Shown here: piece after piece, positions 58,274 through 64,000 of the stretch
Layout: each line of letters opens with the position of its first letter
How positions within the stretch are numbered: the stretch's first letter is position 1
IMG/VR virus record: IMGVR_UViG_3300032086_004057
Coordinates: 26,208 to 90,207 of that record
DNA from: a virus
Taxonomy: Duplodnaviria > Caudoviricetes
Reading direction: 5' to 3' (one strand)
DNA length: 64,000 nt
Notes under the pieces: generated by a model
Database searches by the model: none
What the model was told of the DNA's origin: nothing
What the model saw: the letters and a program-made list of their open reading frames with translations, nothing else
Position numbers and translations under genes: made by a program

Positions 58274-58795
58274 TCAGATATCTATTCTATTATAGTTTAT
58301 CCCAGCCGATCCATAGCCACCGTTGTAGAAACCTTCGGTGGTGTCGTCACCAGCGACTTGCCTCGGAACCGCTTTGTGAACTTTGTAGTAAGCTACCATT
58401 CTATTCAACTCTTCAGTTTCTAAACGTTTTACGCTGGTTAAATTTCTGATAATGTCGGTTTTTGAAGTTTTTCTTACCCTCATTCCGTCAGAACTTACCT
58501 CTACAACCGAATCAGTTTCTACACCTACAACACTTGCTCTGATTTTAGTGTCATAGTAATGTACCGTGTACATTTTTTTAAGAATTGAAGCTTCGTCAAT
58601 GCCAATGTTAGTGGCTACTCCATTTATTTCTCTTTGTATTTCTAAAGAAGTAGAATTTACAGAAAAATCAGTATTAATAGCGTTGTTTAGAGAGCCAACA
58701 TTCTCTCTTATCCAGAAAGCGATAGCGGGAATGCTAAGGCTACTCGGTTCTCCTAAATCCCTATAAATCGCATCTGATATATCAACAACCTTCAT
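58274..58795 (-). CDS. Putative head-tail adaptor / head completion protein
   Basis: Helical 173-aa protein, first of the joining genes, with an upstream motif. Confidence 0.35.
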   Translation of the reverse strand: MKVVDISDAIYRDLGEPSSLSIPAIAFWIRENVGSLNNAINTDFSVNSTSLEIQREINGVATNIGIDEASILKKMYTVHYYDTKIRASVVGVETDSVVEVSSDGMRVRKTSKTDIIRNLTSVKRLETEELNRMVAYYKVHKAVPRQVAGDDTTEGFYNGGYGSAGINYNRIDI

Positions 58796-58801
58796 ATTAA
58801 C

Positions 58802-58812
58802 ATATTACACTT
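58802..58812 (-). promoter_or_regulatory. RTGTAWWW motif upstream of the head-tail joining genes
   Basis: Minus strand AAGTGTAATAT, 14 nt before the ATG. Confidence 0.5.
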
Positions 58813-58821
58813 TTTATTCGG

Positions 58822-59406
58822 TTATTTTGTTTTATTTTTATTTATATTGCACCTGTATTCAAATGTTGCTTCTTGGTCTTCGAGCCATTTTAGTAGGTTT
58901 TCGTTGTCTATAGTAAAGCCTTCTTTTATATACTTTAATAATCTCCTATTGTTGACTCTCGGATGTCTGTCTTGGATAGGGTTCCTTACTAAGATTTTGC
59001 TTTTTATATGATTTTCGAAGTCAGAATGACAAACAAATTTTCCTTTATTATCTAAAGCAGCCATTCCTATCGTAAAATCAAATAATTTAATCATTTCTTC
59101 AGGAGTTTTAGCATTGGCTAAAGATTCATCAGAACCAGACCAGCAAAGCATGTCATAGTAATTATCTTTGTATATGTATTTCTCTCCTCGCGGTAAATCT
59201 TTAACTTTTTGTGCTCCAGATTCCAGTAGTCTTTTTTGGGCTATTTCTCTATCTTCGTGACTAGTAAAGAAAAAGTCATAATCTTTCGGCTTTTTACTAA
59301 TGAAAAAATCTTTTATTGAGCCTCCAGCAATCCAGAAATATACATCCAAACCTTCAAAAATTTCAAAGTGCGGCTGCATATGTTTTTTTAAATCATCCGA
59401 GTTCAT
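58822..59406 (-). CDS. Minimal class II (CCA-adding/poly(A) polymerase head-like) nucleotidyltransferase
   Basis: WIAGGSIKDFF...KPKDYDFF (GG..RD..DxD pattern) and FDFTIGMAALD (RDFT-like). Confidence 0.75.
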   Translation of the reverse strand: MNSDDLKKHMQPHFEIFEGLDVYFWIAGGSIKDFFISKKPKDYDFFFTSHEDREIAQKRLLESGAQKVKDLPRGEKYIYKDNYYDMLCWSGSDESLANAKTPEEMIKLFDFTIGMAALDNKGKFVCHSDFENHIKSKILVRNPIQDRHPRVNNRRLLKYIKEGFTIDNENLLKWLEDQEATFEYRCNINKNKTK

Positions 59407-61097
59407 AAGTATTTTAAATATCTTTTGTACTCTGGATGACCTTCTAACATATTATGAGTCTCCTCAGAAATTTCGCCTCTATCTAAATAAGTTTTATATC
59501 CCTCATTCTGAGAAGCATTTTCTTTCTTTTGGGGGATATACATGTGTTGAAAGTTATTTAATAAAAACGAGCCAAAATTTTTGTTGTTAAATTTTGCAAC
59601 GTGCTGTACGTCATCTACGTAATCAGGTAAACCCCATAAACGTTGCGCTCCTTTGCCACTGAGCATACCGCGAATAAAATTATTTAAATTAATATTGTGC
59701 GGATTGTTCTGTCCAGATATTCTTATCAACTGTTTCTTCAAAGGCTCTCTCAAATCTTGAGTACTTTTGTCTTCTCTTTCCCATTTATCCCACTGGCCTT
59801 TCGCCCAAAAATATAAAGAGCACATTATATCTTTAGGGTTTCTTATGAACATAAAAGTTAACCAGCCGTGATCGTTAAATTTCTTAACAGATTCCTTAGT
59901 CCAATTTATGTGATGATTATGCGTCAACGCTTCTTCTACGTCTTCTTCAGCTATTTTCAATAACTCTTCTTGCGTCCAATCTCTATTTAAAGCTCTTTTG
60001 TTGATGTAGTTAAAATCCCACCAAGAATTAAAATGTTTTATATTCGGGAAAACATGTTCTCTTATATAATGCTGGGTATAGACTCCAGCAGCTTTGCCAT
60101 AGTGTATGAATGCTAACTTTTTGTTGCAATCAGGATTGTAGTGTTTTCTTATATGGCTATTTATAATTGGGCTGTTTTTTGCTTGGGCTAAAGCGTAATC
60201 TTTGGTTTTTTTATTTAAAGCTATTAGACTTAACCCTCTACCTGCGCTACCTAATTCACTTATATGTGTATGAACAGATTTGGCTTTAAGTGGTAAATTT
60301 TCATCCCTCCAAAATCCTACGTTATGATCTTTGCCGAATGTTTGTATTTTATAGTGATCGGATATTCTATTCATGCACTCCTGCTCAAAAAAACTTGAAT
60401 CAGTCAAATACAAATGTCTCCAAAATTTTGGAAATCCTTTATTTGCACAAAATAAATATCCAGCGTTGTAAAAACCAAACTCAAAGCCCTTGTGTTGGTT
60501 TTCCGTTGGGTAATGATGAGGTGACAAAACAACTTCCGCAGTAAAGTATTCTTGCAAGCTATCTAAAACTATAATATCTGTATCTAGAAAAAAAGTATTA
60601 TCGTGGTGCTTTAATGCGAAATCCATAACCTCCATCTTTTTTAATATGGAAGGCGCGTCGTGAACGTCGTTAGCTATACAAGAATGACCTTCAAAAACTT
60701 TTTTTTGTATATCGTCTAAATGCTCTTTTTCTGCGGTTGTTTTAAATTTAACATTGTCGGTTACTTTCATTCTGTTCAAGAAAGTCCTACTGGCTTTATC
60801 ACAAATAATGTAAACAGGCTCTTCGTGAAAAAGCCTTAGAGTTTTTAGTAAAACTTCAGCTTCATCTTTGAGATTATCTGTGACAACAAAACAAAAGCTT
60901 TGTATTTTATGGTATGTTTGAGGCTCGTGCTTGGGGGGTAAGTTTTCTAACCAAAACTTTTTTGGGTTGTAATCTACGCTAAGATTATTTGTAAATAAAC
61001 CTTCTAATATATTAATATTTTTTGGTTCAAATAAATTACCTCCTAAGTCTCTTAAACCTAGTTCTTTATCTTTAATTTTTAATCGAGGCTGCTCCAT
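59403..61097 (-). CDS. Glycosyltransferase (GT-A) - sulfotransferase fusion
   Basis: N-half: KMEVMDFAL, TFFLDTDI (DxD), YNAG, FFEQECMN. C-half: FIHYGKAAG (5'-PSB-like) and FIRNPKDIMCSLYF (3'-PB-like). Confidence 0.75.
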   Translation of the reverse strand: MEQPRLKIKDKELGLRDLGGNLFEPKNINILEGLFTNNLSVDYNPKKFWLENLPPKHEPQTYHKIQSFCFVVTDNLKDEAEVLLKTLRLFHEEPVYIICDKASRTFLNRMKVTDNVKFKTTAEKEHLDDIQKKVFEGHSCIANDVHDAPSILKKMEVMDFALKHHDNTFFLDTDIIVLDSLQEYFTAEVVLSPHHYPTENQHKGFEFGFYNAGYLFCANKGFPKFWRHLYLTDSSFFEQECMNRISDHYKIQTFGKDHNVGFWRDENLPLKAKSVHTHISELGSAGRGLSLIALNKKTKDYALAQAKNSPIINSHIRKHYNPDCNKKLAFIHYGKAAGVYTQHYIREHVFPNIKHFNSWWDFNYINKRALNRDWTQEELLKIAEEDVEEALTHNHHINWTKESVKKFNDHGWLTFMFIRNPKDIMCSLYFWAKGQWDKWEREDKSTQDLREPLKKQLIRISGQNNPHNINLNNFIRGMLSGKGAQRLWGLPDYVDDVQHVAKFNNKNFGSFLLNNFQHMYIPQKKENASQNEGYKTYLDRGEISEETHNMLEGHPEYKRYLKYL

Positions 61098-61324
61098 TCT
61101 GGGCCTTCTAATATTTTTATGACCTCTTGGTGACTGTATTCTTGTAGACCTATTAAATCTCCAGTAATATTATAGCAAAATTCAGGCTGATCGCCAGTAT
61201 ATTTTAAAATAAAAAACTTATTATCCAAAGAATAACGAAGTGACTCTGGACCAGTTTGAAATACCTGATCAAAACGTACCCAATCAAGTTTATTCGCTGG
61301 AACTATAACGTAGGTTTTGTTCAT
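61079..61324 (-). CDS. Small hypothetical phage protein
   Basis: 81-aa ORF in operon order between the LamG protein and the GT-sulfotransferase. Confidence 0.65.
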   Translation of the reverse strand: MNKTYVIVPANKLDWVRFDQVFQTGPESLRYSLDNKFFILKYTGDQPEFCYNITGDLIGLQEYSHQEVIKILEGPEWSSLD

Positions 61325-61325
61325 T

Positions 61326-62102
61326 TTATTCTGTGTACATCGTTACGTCACCATATAATCGAGTATTGTTTATGGAGTAGGACGCTAAAAAGTTTTGCCT
61401 TATCTGTGAGGCAGTCAACTCAGAACTATAAACATGAATATGCCCTACCTTTACACCAGCAACACTATAACTGTTGTTATATCTTCCGACTTTTAGTGGC
61501 ACGTTTGGACCACCGCTCGGCGCATAAAAAGCATTTACTACCCCTATGAATTTTCCATTTAAATACATTTTATAACCGCCGTTACCATCGTGAGTAACAG
61601 TCGCATAAATCCATTTGTTTTTACCGAGAATAAAATTGTAATCTGGAGTAAAGGATACTGGGTCAGCATTTCCAGAACCTGTACGACTCCTTACCCTCAT
61701 TGAGTCAGAAGAAATCTCAACTGCTATATGGTTTATACTGGAGTCTTTAAGCTCAAGAATATAATGATTACTACCGCCACCAAAACTACTTGGTATAAAC
61801 ATCCATTGACCAAAAGTATAAGCGTCTTTAAAAGGTATAGTAAATGCAGTACCTCCGTAACCACTTGATGCTTCTCCTAAATAATCGTCAGTTCCGTCAA
61901 ACTCAAAATTTTGAGGACTTGAAGAATTATAAGTTATTCCATTGTACCTTCTAAGCGCATTACTAGCAGCTTGATTTGTCCAGCTACTTGATGCTATACC
62001 TAAACTTGGAACAAAATTACCAATTAAATTAGTGGATACAATCGCAGAAGATTTTTGCCCCAGTGTCTTGTTAAGACCTGTTTTGTGGATAGGAACCGAC
62101 AT
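61326..62102 (-). CDS. LamG/concanavalin A-like lectin-fold virion protein
   Basis: FEFDGTDDY, YTFGQW, WIYATVTHD, KMYLNG, PLKVG, HVYSSELTASQIRQNF. Confidence 0.8.
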   Translation of the reverse strand: MSVPIHKTGLNKTLGQKSSAIVSTNLIGNFVPSLGIASSSWTNQAASNALRRYNGITYNSSSPQNFEFDGTDDYLGEASSGYGGTAFTIPFKDAYTFGQWMFIPSSFGGGSNHYILELKDSSINHIAVEISSDSMRVRSRTGSGNADPVSFTPDYNFILGKNKWIYATVTHDGNGGYKMYLNGKFIGVVNAFYAPSGGPNVPLKVGRYNNSYSVAGVKVGHIHVYSSELTASQIRQNFLASYSINNTRLYGDVTMYTE

Positions 62103-62104
62103 GA

Positions 62105-64000
62105 TTAATCCTGCACAGCATAACTACATACTATGTCTGTTTCGTTAGTTCCGAAACAAGTCATACTTAATATTGCTATTTTGTTGGCAGCTATACTAGT
62201 TGGTTTTTCACCCACAAATTTCCAGCTACTATTCCACGTGAAAGCCCTGTTAGAGCTATCGCAAGTAATCCTAATTATAATAGTTTTACCCGCTCCTTTA
62301 TTTGCCGCAGCCGTATCAATTACTGGAGCCCCATTTAAAAGAACTTTTTGTAATGCGTCTTCATCAAAGTCAACATCAATGTTTGCTGTTGTACCGTAGT
62401 CATGAACGCTGGTGTGTAAATTACCAGTTAAATTTAAAAGGTTGCTAGAGAAAGTTAAATTAGCTTCGGCATCAAGCTGTGTAGTTGTCGCGGCAACAGT
62501 AGTTAACCTATTTTCTGCTGCATTATTGATTGTTGCTGATGCGCCTTGATTTCCTTGATTGCCTTGGGCTCCGTTATTACCCGCGTCACCTTGGTTGCCT
62601 TGGGCTCCGTTATTACCCGCGTCACCTTGGTTGCCTTGGGCTCCGTTGTTACCCGCGTCACCTTGGTTGCCTTGGGCTCCGTTGTTACCCGCGTCACCTT
62701 GGTTGCCTTGGGCTCCGTTGGAACCATTGCTTCCAGCAGCACCTTGATCGCCTTGGTCTCCAGCACCCGCAGCACCCTGAGCTCCTTGATCGCCTTGATC
62801 TCCAGTACCCGCAGCACCCTGAGCTCCTTGATCGCCTTGATCGCCTTGGTCTCCATTACCAGCAGCACCCTGAGCCCCTTGATCGCCTTGGTCTCCAGCA
62901 CCCGCAGCACCCTGAGCTCCTTGATCGCCTTGGTCTCCATTACCAGCAGCACCCTGAGCTCCTTGATCGCCTTGATCTCCAGTACCCGCAGCACCTTGGT
63001 TACCTTGAGCTCCGTTGCTACCCGCGTCACCTTGGTTACCTTGAGCTCCGTTGCTACCCGCGTCACCTTGGTTACCTTGGGCTCCGTTATTACCCGCGTC
63101 ACCTTGATTACCTTGGGCTCCGTTATTACCCGCGTCACCTTGATTACCTTGGGCTCCGTTATTACCCGCGTCACCTTGATTACCTTGAGCTCCGTTGCTA
63201 CCCGCGTCACCTTGGTTGCCTTGGGCTCCGTTGCTACCCGCGTCACCTTGGTTGCCTTGGGCTCCGTTGGAACCATTGCTACCCGCAGTCCCTTGGTACC
63301 CCTGATACCCCTGCTCTCCAAGACCAAGAACTTTAGTTATAGTAAATGTTATGCTTTCTATGTCTAAAGTAGCAGTACCTGCCAAGGTTTTCATTTTCAC
63401 ACCAATAGCATCACCGCTAGATAAATCTAAAAGTTTTATTATACTAAAAGAGCCTCCAGAGCCAGTGTTTTGAAACGATCTATCTACTTCTGTTGCAACG
63501 TTAACTGCGCCGTTTACAGAAACCCCCGCTCTAACAGTTACATTAGCGTTTTGGGATGAAACTGAAAATGCAGCAGCTATCTTATAAACACCATCGGAAG
63601 CCAAATTAAGAATATCGGGATCAGAGCCAGTTCCAGAGGTAAAAGTAATATTTCTTAGCTCTCCAACCTCTCCAGTATTCCACCCCGTGTAAGAGGTTGT
63701 TAAAGCTATCGTACTAGAATCTCCAGCGTCAAAAAATTCTCCATAATCTATCGAACCACTTACAAAACCACTAACACCTTGAAACCCTTGGTAGCCCTGA
63801 TCACCATCTGGCGGACCTTGAACTCCTTGAACGCCTTGATTACCTTGAGCTCCGTTAGCGCCCTGATTCCCTTGCGCTCCGTCATCACCTTGATTTCCTT
63901 GGGCTCCGTTGCTACCCGCATCACCTTGGTTACCTTGGGCTCCATTATTTCCAGCAGCACCTTGAAACCCTTGAAAACCTTGGTTGCCTTGAGCTCCGTT
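62105..64000 (-). CDS. Second collagen-like (Gly-X-Gln) tail fibre, 5'-truncated by the window end
   Basis: The frame of the tracked ORF (TTG 63604) stays open to 64000 (NGAQ...[10 protein letters not shown]...). [12 protein letters not shown] repeats at 62540-63310 and 63780-64000; C-terminal beta domain ending FTWNSSWKF. Confidence 0.85.
   Translation of the reverse strand, partial: NGAQGNQGFQGFQGAAGNNGAQGNQGDAGSNGAQGNQGDDGAQGNQGANGAQGNQGVQGVQGPPDGDQGYQGFQGVSGFVSGSIDYGEFFDAGDSSTIALTTSYTGWNTGEVGELRNITFTSGTGSDPDILNLASDGVYKIAAAFSVSSQNANVTVRAGVSVNGAVNVATEVDRSFQNTGSGGSFSIIKLLDLSSGDAIGVKMKTLAGTATLDIESITFTITKVLGLGEQGYQGYQGTAGSNGSNGAQGNQGDAGSNGAQGNQGDAGSNGAQGNQGDAGNNGAQGNQGDAGNNGAQGNQGDAGNNGAQGNQGDAGSNGAQGNQGDAGSNGAQGNQGAAGTGDQGDQGAQGAAGNGDQGDQGAQGAAGAGDQGDQGAQGAAGNGDQGDQGDQGAQGAAGTGDQGDQGAQGAAGAGDQGDQGAAGSNGSNGAQGNQGDAGNNGAQGNQGDAGNNGAQGNQGDAGNNGAQGNQGDAGNNGAQGNQGNQGASATINNAAENRLTTVAATTTQLDAEANLTFSSNLLNLTGNLHTSVHDYGTTANIDVDFDEDALQKVLLNGAPVIDTAAANKGAGKTIIIRITCDSSNRAFTWNSSWKFVGEKPTSIAANKIAILSMTCFGTNETDIVCSYAVQD

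Noticed and set aside
3845-61549. Short antisense ORFs inside long genes (e.g. 5672, 7366, 8327, 14494, 22770, 29657, 46900-51858, 55365, 59300, 61256)
   Set aside because: Fully nested opposite well-supported genes, with no motifs or RBS; treated as shadow ORFs.
62133-63960. Overlapping ORFs 62133, 62503, 62530, 62546, 62559 and 63760
   Set aside because: Same collagen-repeat artefact in the second fibre gene.
284-64000. Alternative genetic code (stop reassignment seen in some large phages)
   Set aside because: Code 11 gives dense, full-length genes, and TAA, TGA (e.g. 1007-1009) and TAG (44151-44153, minus) all end genes at sensible boundaries.

Overview
A 64-kb internal segment of a large, AT-rich, tailed dsDNA bacteriophage genome, probably siphovirus-like: a tail tube and a 2236-aa tape measure are present and no sheath is recognisable. 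It has two convergent arms. The + arm (284-29438) carries DNA replication, recombination and nucleotide metabolism genes: dNMP kinase, NrdA, a tyrosine-less class Ic-type NrdB, RecA-like, DnaB, DnaG, Cas4/AddB-like nuclease, stand-alone PHP, DnaQ-like exonuclease, PHP-less DnaE, a Whirly-like SSB candidate and a Rad52-like annealase. These are interleaved with about 8 glycosyltransferase-like genes, three NDP-sugar enzymes (epimerase, Glf, Gmd) and a tmRNA with a 31-residue tag. The - arm (29435 to beyond 64000) carries virion genes: two Gly-X-Gln collagen fibres, Ser/Thr-Gly-rich tail proteins, tape measure, chaperone-like genes, tube and neck genes. It also holds a minimal nucleotidyltransferase and a glycosyltransferase-sulfotransferase fusion. 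Capsid, portal and terminase genes are not in the window. Best leads: (1) a possible phage-encoded virion glycosylation/sulfation system, with many GTs, a GT-sulfotransferase inside the structural operon and [ST]G-saturated tail proteins as candidate acceptors; (2) a tape measure with four G[FY][IV]PNF repeats bracketing a PD-(D/E)xK-like cargo domain; (3) a Mn/Fe-type RNR in a phage; (4) a long-tag tmRNA; (5) a hairpin-dense non-coding segment at 1-270; (6) a recurring RTGTAWWW promoter-like motif. All protein assignments come from motifs recognised by eye; no database searches were run.
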